This document shows positions 39,270 through 48,374 of a stretch of 64,000 bases of DNA, piece after piece. The stretch is from positions 2,985 to 66,984 of the forward strand of contig CAYYVY010000007.1 of the NCBI GenBank assembly GCA_964475265.1, given 5' to 3'. Source of the stretch: an uncultured Anaerolineaceae bacterium (GTDB taxonomy: Bacteria > Chloroflexota > Anaerolineae > Anaerolineales > E44-bin32). The notes beneath the pieces are model-generated. The model was not told the origin of the DNA. It ran no database searches and was given only the letters and a program-made list of their open reading frames with translations. Positions within the stretch are counted from its first letter, which is position 1; the number at the start of each line of letters is the position of its first letter. A program made the position numbers and the translations under genes.

Positions 39270-40241
39270 TCAATGCAGGATTCCACCTGCACGCAAATTC
39301 GCTTCCAGACGCGGCCCGACCGGGTAATCCGCCGGTCGGAAAGTCTTGCCGGTCAACTTCTCGTAGAGCGATACGTAGCGCTCGGCGACCCGCAGCCAGA
39401 AAGCTTCCGTCATCTCCGGCGGATCACCATCGCCTCGGTAACCTTTCGCAGCGTAGTCCAGGCGCAAAAATTCCTTGTCGTAATTTTCCGGTTCCTCACC
39501 CGCTTCAAATCGCGCTTCGTAGCTCTCCGCCAACCAGAAACGGGACGAATCAGCCGTGTGCACTTCGTCGATGAGAATCACCTCACCGTCCGCATCCAGG
39601 CCGAACTCGTACTTCGTGTCTACCAATATCAACCCGGTGTTCCGCGCCATCTTCTGCCCCAGGCGAAAAACTTCGAGGGCGGCATGCTGTACTTTTTCCC
39701 AGGTCGCGGCGTCCAGATGCCCGTCCTCGACGACTTCGGCGCAGGTCAACCGCTCGTCGTGAGTTCCCGGCCCGCCTTTGGTCGTTGGTGTGATGATCGG
39801 TTCGGGAAGCGCCTGATTCTTGCGCATGCCGTCTGGAAACGAATGCCCGTAGATCATCCGCTCACCCAGATCGTAACGATACCAGAGGGCCGTTTTGGTT
39901 ACCCCGCTGATGTAGCCGCGGACGACAACTTCCACAGGCAGCGTCCTGGCTTTACGCGCCAGCATTGCATTAGGATCCGGTACACTGAGCTTGTGATTGG
40001 GGACGATCCCTTCGGTCTTATCGAACCAGAAAGCGGAGAGCTGGTTGAGCACCTGTCCCTTATACGGCACCAAACCGAGAATGCGGTCGAATGCGGAGAG
40101 TCGGTCCGTCGTGACCAGGAGCAGTTCGCCGTTCTCGAGCGCGTACAAATCGCGCACCTTGCCCGTATGCCGGTTGGGCAGCGGCAGCTCCGTCTCCCGG
40201 AATGGATTTTCGACAGCCTGGGCGAAATCGTCTTGAGTCAT
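39270..40241 (-). CDS. purC: SAICAR synthetase (long form)
   Basis: 'GKVRDLY', 'TDRLSAFD', 'LVDTKYEFG' and 'DEVHTADSSRFW' are present. Confidence 0.95.
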   Translation of the reverse strand: MTQDDFAQAVENPFRETELPLPNRHTGKVRDLYALENGELLLVTTDRLSAFDRILGLVPYKGQVLNQLSAFWFDKTEGIVPNHKLSVPDPNAMLARKARTLPVEVVVRGYISGVTKTALWYRYDLGERMIYGHSFPDGMRKNQALPEPIITPTTKGGPGTHDERLTCAEVVEDGHLDAATWEKVQHAALEVFRLGQKMARNTGLILVDTKYEFGLDADGEVILIDEVHTADSSRFWLAESYEARFEAGEEPENYDKEFLRLDYAAKGYRGDGDPPEMTEAFWLRVAERYVSLYEKLTGKTFRPADYPVGPRLEANLRAGGILH

Positions 40242-41644
40242 GCTGATTTCCCTGTGGAGGAATTACGGGAACGAATGCGCGCTGCCATACGACGAGCCCG
40301 CTGGGGCGCGAATCCCAGTCTCTCCTTCGATCGCATCAATTCGGCGAGCGTCTCTTCGGAGAGATAGCGCTGCAGCTCCTTGTCGTTTTGCACGCGCTCT
40401 GCCAGCGGATTGGATTCTCCACTCACAACGATCTCCCAGGCGGCCATGGCGTGCTCACGCAAACGCTCGTGCATCTCCTGGCGATCGGCGCCCGCTCGAC
40501 TCAAGGCCATTAAAACCGCCTCGAGTGCGGCGAAGGGCGCGTAGCGGTTGAAATTTCGCTCGATGCCAGCCTTCTGGATCACCCAATCATCGAGGATTTG
40601 ATTCACGGTCAGGAGTAGTTCATCGGCGATTAAAAACGCTTCCGGCAAGATTATCCTGCGATTTGCGCTGTCATCCAACGTGCGTTCGAGCAGCGACAAG
40701 GCAGCGTTATCCCAGGCCACGCGCGGATACTGCGCCAGCAAGCGAGCCAGCGAGTCCATTTTCTCGGAGGCGATGGGATTCTTCTTAAAGGGCATAGCCG
40801 ACGAACCGACTTGCGTCTGCCCAAACGGTTCCGATATCTCTCCCACCGGGGGCGATTGCAGGAAGCGTAAGTCGAATGCGAATTTATGCAGCGAGGCGCC
40901 CAAACCTGCCAGTGCACAAAGAATGTCGTAATCCTGTTTCCGCGGGTAAACCTGATTGGTCACCTCGTAAAAGGGTAAACCGAGAATTTCCGAAAGGCGC
41001 TGCTCGAAGCGCTCCACGTTTTCTTCCCCCAGCAAATCGAAGAAGGATGCACCGGTTCCGACGGCGCCCTTGAATCCCTTTCCACGCAATGATGCTCGCA
41101 GTTGGCGAACATGATCCCAGTCGGTCAGTAAATCCTGAGCGTAGCTCGCCAGGCGATAGCCCAAGGTCGTCGGTTCCGCCGGCTGCAGGTGGGTAAAGCC
41201 CATCACGGGGGTGTCGGCCCACAATTCGATCTGCTCCGCCAGGCGGTCGAGGACGGGGATGAAACGCTCTAGGATCAGATCGAGCGATCGCTGCAGGCGA
41301 AGAGCATCGGTGTTGTCCACGACGTCCATGGAGGTCATCCCCAGGTGGATCGCGCCGCCGCCGAGGGTTGCTTTCTCGGCAAACGATCTCACCTCGGCCA
41401 TCACATCGTGCCGGATTTCCTTCTCGATCTCCAGGGCGCGCGGGATATCGATTTCATCAATGTGCGCCTGCAGGTCATCGACTTGATCCTGCCCGATCAA
41501 GCCCAACTCGGCCTGCACGCGGGCGACGGCCACCCAGATCTCCCGCCACAAGCGTCGCTTGGTGCGCTCGGCCCAAATTTGGCGCATGGCATCCGAACCA
41601 TAACGCCAGCTAAAAAAGGATTGATAGCGATCAAATTCGTCCAT
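40238..41644 (-). CDS. purB: Adenylosuccinate lyase
   Basis: The fumarate-lyase signature 'GSSAMPFKKNP' is present. 468 aa. Confidence 0.95.
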   Translation of the reverse strand: MDEFDRYQSFFSWRYGSDAMRQIWAERTKRRLWREIWVAVARVQAELGLIGQDQVDDLQAHIDEIDIPRALEIEKEIRHDVMAEVRSFAEKATLGGGAIHLGMTSMDVVDNTDALRLQRSLDLILERFIPVLDRLAEQIELWADTPVMGFTHLQPAEPTTLGYRLASYAQDLLTDWDHVRQLRASLRGKGFKGAVGTGASFFDLLGEENVERFEQRLSEILGLPFYEVTNQVYPRKQDYDILCALAGLGASLHKFAFDLRFLQSPPVGEISEPFGQTQVGSSAMPFKKNPIASEKMDSLARLLAQYPRVAWDNAALSLLERTLDDSANRRIILPEAFLIADELLLTVNQILDDWVIQKAGIERNFNRYAPFAALEAVLMALSRAGADRQEMHERLREHAMAAWEIVVSGESNPLAERVQNDKELQRYLSEETLAELMRSKERLGFAPQRARRMAARIRSRNSSTGKSA

Positions 41645-41676
41645 CGAACACTCAAATTTAAAATTGACTTGTGGAC

Positions 41677-42426
41677 CTAAGCTATTTTCAGTCCATTCTT
41701 AAATAGCTTTAACCCCATAGAGCCATTTCCCGCTCGGAACCAGTGAGGATGCTGGTAGGGATGGATGTGATCCTCGGGATGAGGCATAAGTCCAATAACG
41801 TTACCTTCCGGGTTCGTGATGCCGGCGATGTCGCCCACCGAACCGTTGGGATTGAGCGGGTATTCACCGTTCGCCGGTTTCCCTGAAGGGTGAACGTAGC
41901 GAAATGCAACCTGGCGCTCTGGCAGTTCGTCATCCTGGTCTACGATAAACCGGCCTTCGCCGTGAGCCACGGGGCAGAGTATCTCATCCACATCCTGCAG
42001 CCAGAGGGATGGATTGGCCTGATTCCCCTGCAGATGAACCCAACGACATTCAAAGCGACCGCTGGCGTTGAACGTGAGGGTGGCCCGAACCCCACCTTGC
42101 GGCAGGAAACCCGCCTTGACCAGGGCCTGGAATCCGTTACAGATGCCGATCACCGGTCTGCCGTCTTCGATGAAGGCGCGCATGAAATCCGCAAACCAGG
42201 TCTCGAGATCGAGGGCAAAAAGACGGCCGGCGCCCAGCGCATCGCCGTAGGAGAAACCCCCGGGAAGCGCAAGCATCCCGAATTCTCGCCAATCACGATT
42301 GCTCGTACGCAGCGTAGAAAGGGGAGTGATGACGACCTCCCCGCCTGCTCGAGCGACGGCTTCCGCAAGCTCGACGTCACGATTGGTTCCTGGCGCGTGT
42401 AAGATCAGTACTTTAACTGGCAACAT
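41677..42426 (-). CDS. purQ: FGAM synthase glutaminase subunit
   Basis: The 'GICNGFQ' nucleophile elbow and C-terminal 'MPHPE' are present. Confidence 0.9.
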   Translation of the reverse strand: MLPVKVLILHAPGTNRDVELAEAVARAGGEVVITPLSTLRTSNRDWREFGMLALPGGFSYGDALGAGRLFALDLETWFADFMRAFIEDGRPVIGICNGFQALVKAGFLPQGGVRATLTFNASGRFECRWVHLQGNQANPSLWLQDVDEILCPVAHGEGRFIVDQDDELPERQVAFRYVHPSGKPANGEYPLNPNGSVGDIAGITNPEGNVIGLMPHPEDHIHPYQHPHWFRAGNGSMGLKLFKNGLKIA

Positions 42427-45385
42427 CGCTACTCTGTTTCGTATATGCGTTCACTAATTTCTCGACAGGAATGCTGATGATCGGATTGCCGCCGTGCTCT
42501 ACGACCATGTTGGAATTGTTTTCCACGCTCCCGATGTGTTTCAGCGGCAATCCTTCGAATAGACTTTCAAACGCCGCGGCGTCTTTCTCGGCGACTTCGA
42601 CGAGCAAACAACCATTGGTTTCCGCAAACAACGCCAGCCTGGCATCGGAGTGCAAATCTGTGAGATCCAGGCTCAGCCCCAATCTCCCGGCCAGGGCCAT
42701 TTCTGCGGCGGCGACCGCCAATCCACCTTCGCTGGAATCGTGTGCGGCGCGCACGATGCCGTCCTGCACGGCCCGATGGAAGGCTGTGTAAACCTGCGGT
42801 GCATTCCCGCTCACCTGAGGCACCCGCTGCAGCGCCTCGGCATCCCCGAAAAATTTCGCATCTGCCAGTTTCACGGCATAGCCACCGAGCAATGCCGGCC
42901 GCCAATCACCGACGAGGAAAATCTGGTTTCCTGCAGCTTTCAGATCCATGCTTACGGCTTTGCGCACGTCCGGAAGTATGGCGATGCTCGAGATCAACAG
43001 CGTTCCTGGAATGGCGTGGCGCTCACCGTCCTTGCCGACGTACTCGTTGTTAAGCGAGTCTTTCCCAGAGATGAACGGTGTCCCAAAATGAATCGCCGCA
43101 TCGTGGCAGCCTTGAGAGGCTCGGATCAATCCCGCCAGCTGCTCAGGGTCGCGGGGATTTCCCCAGCAGAAATTATCCAGCAGGGCGATGCGCTGCGGAT
43201 CGGCGCCCACAGCGACGGCGTTGCGTACGGCTTCGTCGACCGCACTCACGGCCATGGCGTAGGCATCGTAGCGGCTCAGCGCCGGCTTCACCCCGTTGGC
43301 CAGAACAAATCCCTTCCAGCATTCGGTTTCCAGGGGTTTCAACACGGCGGCATCGGAAGGACCATCTCCAAATTCGCCCACCAACGGACCGACGACAGTG
43401 GCGCCGCGCACCAGGTGGTCGTAGCGCCGGATGATGTCCTCATTGGAGGCAATGTCCGCATGCGCCAGCAGTCCCAAGAGCAATTCTTCTGCATTCGAGG
43501 CGGCGACCGCACTTCTCGTATCCTCTTCAATGGTCGTGCTGCCGTTAGTCCGAAAATACGCTTTGAGGCGGCGCTGCGGCCGGCCGTTATGCAGGAATTC
43601 GTTGCTCAAATCGATGATCGGCGTATCACCACAGTTGACCTGCAGTCGTCCGCTGGCGACGAACTCACCATCGTCCTCCCACTCGACCCAGTATCGATCA
43701 CAAAATTCGATCAATTCAGGGACGCAGGCCGTTGGAACGGCGAGTACCATGCGCTCCTGGGCTTCACTGAGCCAGATTTCCCAGGGCTCGAGACCGGCAT
43801 ACTTCAAACGCACGTTGGTCAGATCCACGCGGGCGCCCAGCTCTGAACTCATCTCACCGATCGCGCTGGAAAGACCACCTGCGCCGCAATCCGTGACGGC
43901 GTTATACAGCCCGGCGTCTCGGGCACAAGTGACGACTTCGATGACGCCTTTTTCGGTGATCGGGTCGCCGATCTGGACCGCCGATCCGGCGACTTTGCCG
44001 GTTTGCGCGTCCATGGGTTGGCTGCTGAAGGTTGCGCCGCGCAGGCCGTCGCGTCCCGTGCGGCCTCCAATGACGATGATGCGATCGCCCGGTTGGGGGT
44101 TCTTGGGATGTGCATCACGCGGTCCGATCCCGATGCAGCCGCAATAGACCAGCGGATTGGCCGTGTAACCCGGATGGTAGAGTACGGCGCCGTTAACCGT
44201 TGGCAAACCCAATTTGTTGCCGTAATCTTCGATGCCGTAGACCACGCCTTCACGAATACGCGCCGGGTGGAGAACGCCGGCCTGCAGCGCATCTCGATCC
44301 GTGTCGGCTGGACCGAAACAAAGCACGTCCGTGTTGGCGATCGGTCGATGTGAAACGCCCAGCACGTCACGCACGACCCCTCCGATGCCGGTGTTGGCAC
44401 CGCCGAACGGCTCGATCGCCGAGGGATGATTGTGTGTCTCGACTTTGAAGGAAAGGTCATATTCGTCGTCGAATTCGATCACACCGGCGTTGTCCACAAA
44501 TGCGGATCGCACCCAGGGCGCGTCGATTTTCTCAGTCGCGGCTATCAGGTAAGTCCGCAGGATCGAAAAGATCATGTCCGGGAAATGTTCGGGCCGGGTC
44601 TGACGATCGAAATCCGCATCGTACTCGCAGTCGATCTGCGCTCGGAAAGTCTTGTGGACGCAGTGTTCCGACCAGGTCTGCGCCAGAGTCTCGAGTTCAC
44701 CATCCGTGGCCGGGCGATTCTCAGCGGCGAAGTAGGCCTGGATTGCCTTCAACTCTTCCATATCCAGCGCCAAACGCCGCTCGAGGTTTACCGCTTGCAG
44801 CCCATTTTCATCCATCCCAATCAGGTCGATGTACGTCGGAGGGACGATTTCACCCTCGTGAACAACAAACTCGGGCTGCATTTCGCCAATGGCATAGCGT
44901 TGGATGACATCGTTGAAAAGGAAGGCTTCGGCGATCTGTTCGACTTCAGCCTGGGATAATTTCCCTTCGAGTTCGTAACGCTCTCCTGTGGCGATAGATT
45001 CCACTCCCCCATTCTCGAGACGATGGATGGCGCGCAGAAGCTCGTTGGCCACGTTGTCCGTCACACCGGGCAGGAAACCTACCTCGATCACGCGAACGTC
45101 TCCGCCTACTGAACGTGAGGAACCGATTGTGTCCGCATCAGACAGGGTGAATTCGTATTGCTCGGTGACCGGGTCACAAATCAAACGCTTAGCGATTTCC
45201 TTGGGGGCTTCATCTTTGAACTGGCCCTTCAGGAAGTACAGGTCGTAGACCTTGATGGAAACGGGCTGGCGGATGCCGATCGAAGGGAGCTGGGATGATA
45301 AAACCTCACCGCGTGTGGACAGCGGTGAGGTGACTTCGATACGGCAGAGGCGCTGTGAAGCGCTTTGTGTTCCCGATACATTCAT
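42413..45385 (-). CDS. purL: FGAM synthase subunit PurL carrying an N-terminal tandem PurS-like extension
   Basis: 990 aa. The PurL core starts near residue 185 ('...TWSEHCVHKTF', 'ETHNHPSAIEPFGGA'). The first ~185 aa look like two PurS-like modules, and there is no separate purS in the operon. Confidence 0.85.
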   Translation of the reverse strand: MNVSGTQSASQRLCRIEVTSPLSTRGEVLSSQLPSIGIRQPVSIKVYDLYFLKGQFKDEAPKEIAKRLICDPVTEQYEFTLSDADTIGSSRSVGGDVRVIEVGFLPGVTDNVANELLRAIHRLENGGVESIATGERYELEGKLSQAEVEQIAEAFLFNDVIQRYAIGEMQPEFVVHEGEIVPPTYIDLIGMDENGLQAVNLERRLALDMEELKAIQAYFAAENRPATDGELETLAQTWSEHCVHKTFRAQIDCEYDADFDRQTRPEHFPDMIFSILRTYLIAATEKIDAPWVRSAFVDNAGVIEFDDEYDLSFKVETHNHPSAIEPFGGANTGIGGVVRDVLGVSHRPIANTDVLCFGPADTDRDALQAGVLHPARIREGVVYGIEDYGNKLGLPTVNGAVLYHPGYTANPLVYCGCIGIGPRDAHPKNPQPGDRIIVIGGRTGRDGLRGATFSSQPMDAQTGKVAGSAVQIGDPITEKGVIEVVTCARDAGLYNAVTDCGAGGLSSAIGEMSSELGARVDLTNVRLKYAGLEPWEIWLSEAQERMVLAVPTACVPELIEFCDRYWVEWEDDGEFVASGRLQVNCGDTPIIDLSNEFLHNGRPQRRLKAYFRTNGSTTIEEDTRSAVAASNAEELLLGLLAHADIASNEDIIRRYDHLVRGATVVGPLVGEFGDGPSDAAVLKPLETECWKGFVLANGVKPALSRYDAYAMAVSAVDEAVRNAVAVGADPQRIALLDNFCWGNPRDPEQLAGLIRASQGCHDAAIHFGTPFISGKDSLNNEYVGKDGERHAIPGTLLISSIAILPDVRKAVSMDLKAAGNQIFLVGDWRPALLGGYAVKLADAKFFGDAEALQRVPQVSGNAPQVYTAFHRAVQDGIVRAAHDSSEGGLAVAAAEMALAGRLGLSLDLTDLHSDARLALFAETNGCLLVEVAEKDAAAFESLFEGLPLKHIGSVENNSNMVVEHGGNPIISIPVEKLVNAYTKQSSDVAS

Positions 45386-45457
45386 ATCGGGAGTGTATTA
45401 TACAGCAATTCCCAGACAGGTGTTAGCGAAAAGTCTTAAAGAATTCGAAACACTGCG

Positions 45458-46645
45458 TCAGTTTGCGATGGGAGCCAGCGCCTGATCCAAATCGGCGATG
45501 ATGTCCTCGGCGTCTTCGATGCCCAGGGCATAGCGCACCAGGCTGTCGGATAGACCCGCAGCCCTGCGTTCCTCCGCGTCGAGGGAGTACAACGCCGCCG
45601 GCTGCTCGATGATGCTTTCTACGCCGCCGAGAGTCGGTCCGATGTAGGGCAAGCGTATACGGTCGATGAAACCTCCAGTGCCTGCGAAATCGCTGTCGAT
45701 CTCGAAACTGACGACGCCCCCATGGCCTTCCATCTGTCGTTGGGCAATTTCGTAATCCGGATGACTCGGCAAACCCGGATAGTAGACCCGCTTCACTGCG
45801 GGATGTTCTTCCAAAAACTGCGCCACTTTGATCCCGTTCTCGTTCTGACGCTGAACCCGCAAAGCGAGTGTCTTCAAGCCGCGCAGCAGCAAATACGCAT
45901 CGTGGGGATTGTTGATGCCGCCCATCACGCCGCGCGCGTCCAGCACCGGCTCCAGAAATTCGCGACTGCCGGTGACGACGCCGGCAAGCAGATCATTATG
46001 GCCACCCAAATACTTCGTCGCACTGTGTGCCACGAGGTCGATCCCGAATTCGAGTGGACGGAGGTTCATCGGCGTGGCAAAAGTGCAGTCCACCAAGGTG
46101 GTTATGCCGCGCTGCTTACCCAATGCAGCGACGTGGTCAATGTCCTGAATACGCAGGTACGGATTCGTCGGGGTCTCGACAAAGATCAGGCGCGTCTGCG
46201 GCGTAATCGCTTGTTCGAGCGCTTGCGGATCAGCCGCAGGCACCATCGTCGAGGTGATGCCCCAGCGCGCAAGAAATCCGATAGCGAAGTCGCGGGTACG
46301 ATGGTAGCAGTCGAAGGCCATCAAGAGGTGATCGCCGGAAGACAGGAGAGCCGCCATGGTCGTTGTAATGGCGCACATTCCGCTGGCGAAGAGCAGCGCC
46401 TTCTCGCCGCCATCGAGATCGGCGAGTTTCCGTTCGGCTACCGTTTGTGTGGGATTGCTGTAGCGTCCGTATTCATCACGCACGTCCACATTTCCGTTTG
46501 ACTTGGCGTGCATGAAGTCCAGAATTTCATCCGTGTCGGCGAAGGAATAGGTCGACGTCTGCACGATGGGCGTCGTCACCGCACCGAAGGGTTTCGGACG
46601 CTGTTCGCCGGCGTGTACGGCACGAGTCGAATGATGCTGCTTCAT
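45458..46645 (-). CDS. Cys/Met-metabolism PLP enzyme (cystathionine gamma-synthase/beta-lyase family)
   Basis: 'STRAVHAG', the PLP-Lys motif 'HSATKYLGGHNDLLAG' and C-terminal 'LVRYALGIED' are present. The ATG at 46645 follows a GGGAGGAAA ribosome-binding site. It lies downstream of a SAM-I riboswitch. Confidence 0.85.
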   Translation of the reverse strand: MKQHHSTRAVHAGEQRPKPFGAVTTPIVQTSTYSFADTDEILDFMHAKSNGNVDVRDEYGRYSNPTQTVAERKLADLDGGEKALLFASGMCAITTTMAALLSSGDHLLMAFDCYHRTRDFAIGFLARWGITSTMVPAADPQALEQAITPQTRLIFVETPTNPYLRIQDIDHVAALGKQRGITTLVDCTFATPMNLRPLEFGIDLVAHSATKYLGGHNDLLAGVVTGSREFLEPVLDARGVMGGINNPHDAYLLLRGLKTLALRVQRQNENGIKVAQFLEEHPAVKRVYYPGLPSHPDYEIAQRQMEGHGGVVSFEIDSDFAGTGGFIDRIRLPYIGPTLGGVESIIEQPAALYSLDAEERRAAGLSDSLVRYALGIEDAEDIIADLDQALAPIAN

Positions 46646-46742
46646 GGTTTTTCCTCCCGGTTCATCCGCGATCCAGGCGATCTGCGTAACCGCCGCTGCA
46701 AGCACGCATCGCCATCGATCATCGATTAGCCACAGAGAGGGG

Positions 46743-46793
46743 GTGAAAAGCAAGAGAGCCGTCTCAGCCCATCATACCGGTTGAAGCGGCTCT
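46743..46793 (-). terminator. Riboswitch expression-platform terminator
   Basis: On the minus strand, AGAGCCGCUUCA (46793..46782) pairs with UGAGACGGCUCU (46766..46755), giving 11 pairs with one mismatch. It is followed by CUUGCUUUUC. Confidence 0.5.
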
Positions 46794-46812
46794 TGTGTGT
46801 AATTACGCCACT

Positions 46813-46920
46813 CTCATCTCCCAGTACCCGCTGAGGGTCTGTCGGAATTGGCACCATAGCAATCGAGCTGCTTGGTTGCCGAGGTTTCACAGGGCCGATC
46901 CCTCCACCTCTCTGGATGAG
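46813..46920 (-). promoter_or_regulatory. SAM-I (S-box) riboswitch aptamer
   Basis: The minus strand reads CUCAUCCAGAGAGGUGGAGGGAUCGGCCCUGUGAAACCUCGGCAACC...AUGGUGCCAAUUCCGACAG...GGGAGAUGAG. This matches the conserved S-box core (AGAGGUGGAGGGA, GAAACC, GGCAACC, GUGCCAAUUCC) and closes a P1 helix (CUCAUC/GAUGAG). Confidence 0.85.
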
Positions 46921-46953
46921 TATTTCTCATCGAGTGTTATTCAATTGTCCGAG

Positions 46954-46982
46954 ATAATAGCACAAGCGCGGGCTCCCGTCAA
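46954..46982 (-). promoter_or_regulatory. Sigma70-type promoter driving the SAM riboswitch
   Basis: On the minus strand: -35 TTGACG (46982..46977), 17-nt spacer, -10 TATTAT (46959..46954). It sits about 30 nt upstream of the aptamer. Confidence 0.55.
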
Positions 46983-47090
46983 ACTCCAGATCGAATCTGA
47001 CGATACCCACCCACGTGTGAATACCGTCGCCCGCGAGGCACAAAGGCGACCACGGCGATTATTCACCTTCGTTTGTGCGGAGCAACGAGA

Positions 47091-47465
47091 TTATACGTTG
47101 AGCACCTTGCGGGCTGTTTCGAGATCGTCTGCACCGAGAACCAAGCGCGTGTCCGTAGCCAGATAGGCCAGATTGAGGTTCACGCCCGCCTCGCCGAGTT
47201 TCCCGGCGACTTCACCTAACGTCCCCGGCTTGTCTTCCACGTCCAGGATCAACACATCGTTTTCTGCCTTGACCTGGATCCCCGCGCCTTCGAGCGCGTT
47301 TTGCGCCGCAGCTGAGTCCTCGACGAGGACGTGGATCTCACCCATGCCTGCGACGGTCACGCCGCTCAAGCCATCGATGTTGACTCCGGCATCGCCGAGG
47401 GCTTTTCCCACTTTCGCCAATTCCCCGGGGCGATCTTCGAGCATGATGATCAAATCGGTCGCCAT
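47091..47465 (-). CDS. ACT-domain protein (tandem ACT)
   Basis: Two 'DRPGELAKVGKALGDAGVNI' / 'DKPGTLGEVAGKLGEAGVNL' ACT-type repeats are present. Confidence 0.8.
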   Translation of the reverse strand: MATDLIIMLEDRPGELAKVGKALGDAGVNIDGLSGVTVAGMGEIHVLVEDSAAAQNALEGAGIQVKAENDVLILDVEDKPGTLGEVAGKLGEAGVNLNLAYLATDTRLVLGADDLETARKVLNV

Positions 47466-47589
47466 GTTTCTCCTCCTTCGGTTGGCATCGAATGGATGAT
47501 CGATCGGATGAATTGAAGAGCAAATCGCATTCGTACCCGATTTTAGATTAGAACATTACGGCGATTTTTTCAAGCATCAACCTGAGCTG

Positions 47590-48306
47590 CTAATCCGTTG
47601 TCAGCTCGGCTAACGACGAGACGGTCAAATCGGGCTTTACCGCGCTCGAGGACGGCGTCCCATTGCCTGTGAGATCGATCCACACCGAGAAGATACCCAG
47701 CCGCTGCGGCGCCTCGACGTCCCAGACCAGGTTGTCTCCCACCATCCATGCTTCTTGCGCTTCGATTTCGAACGTGTCCAGCACGTGCCGGAAGACGCGC
47801 GGGTCCGGCTTGCCCATGCCCATTTCACCTTCGATGAAGATATGTTCGAAGAAGGGCGCCAGCCGGAAACGCTCGATCTTCGGGCGTTGTTCGGAGGAAT
47901 TTCCATTGGTGACCAACCCCAATCGAATCCCCCGTTGACGGAAGACTTCCAGCGTTTCGAGCGCTCCGGGATATGGATAAAACGACGCACTCCTCTCCAC
48001 GGTGTAAGCGTCGGCGATGGCGTGCGCCAATTCCCGGTCGTCCAATCCGAGTTGCGAAAACGCGGCCGCCACGACTTCCCGCCGGGCTTTGGGCAAATCC
48101 AATCTGCCACGCCGATGCCGCGCTGCGTCGTTCCAGTAGACATCACTGCTGGCCCGGATCGCATCGAAGAGTTGTTCCGCCGAGAGTATCTCGATTTTGG
48201 AAGCGTAGCGTTCACATACTCGCCGCCAGCAAGGATCAGATGTGGCCGAATGCACGATGATCGTGTCGTCCAGATCCAACAGCATTACTTGCGGAAGCGT
48301 TCGCAT
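47590..48306 (-). CDS. HAD-superfamily hydrolase
   Basis: Motif I 'MLLDLDDTI', motif II 'LVTNG' and motif III/IV 'KPDP...VGDNLVWD' are present. The ATG is at 48306. Confidence 0.8.
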   Translation of the reverse strand: MRTLPQVMLLDLDDTIIVHSATSDPCWRRVCERYASKIEILSAEQLFDAIRASSDVYWNDAARHRRGRLDLPKARREVVAAAFSQLGLDDRELAHAIADAYTVERSASFYPYPGALETLEVFRQRGIRLGLVTNGNSSEQRPKIERFRLAPFFEHIFIEGEMGMGKPDPRVFRHVLDTFEIEAQEAWMVGDNLVWDVEAPQRLGIFSVWIDLTGNGTPSSSAVKPDLTVSSLAELTTD

Positions 48307-48374
48307 CGATTTCACCGCCTCATCTACCCCCTTGCATTGATTCAATGTTCGCCGAGACTTCAGCAAGCAGGATC

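Noticed and set aside
38649-40367. Very long plus-strand ORF (572 aa) in the ORF track
   Set aside because: It is entirely antisense to the strongly recognisable purE and purC genes. It has no motifs, and its composition is Arg/Ser/Ala-rich as expected of a shadow ORF in GC-rich DNA.
42650-43846. 398-aa plus-strand ORF. Similar long shadow ORFs occur at 54142..55560 (+), 57948..58997 (-), 47755..48498 (+) and 35766..36455 (+).
   Set aside because: All are antisense to, or out of frame with, genes that carry clear catalytic motifs (purL, the aminotransferase fusion, the sulfatase-like/ICMT genes, HAD, purD-purM). They have low-complexity, Arg-rich translations.
45397-45402. TATAAT box 11 nt upstream of the purL ATG as an internal promoter
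   Set aside because: There is no acceptable -35 or TGn extension, and it would imply a near-leaderless mRNA. I kept it only as a note under the riboswitch read-through finding.
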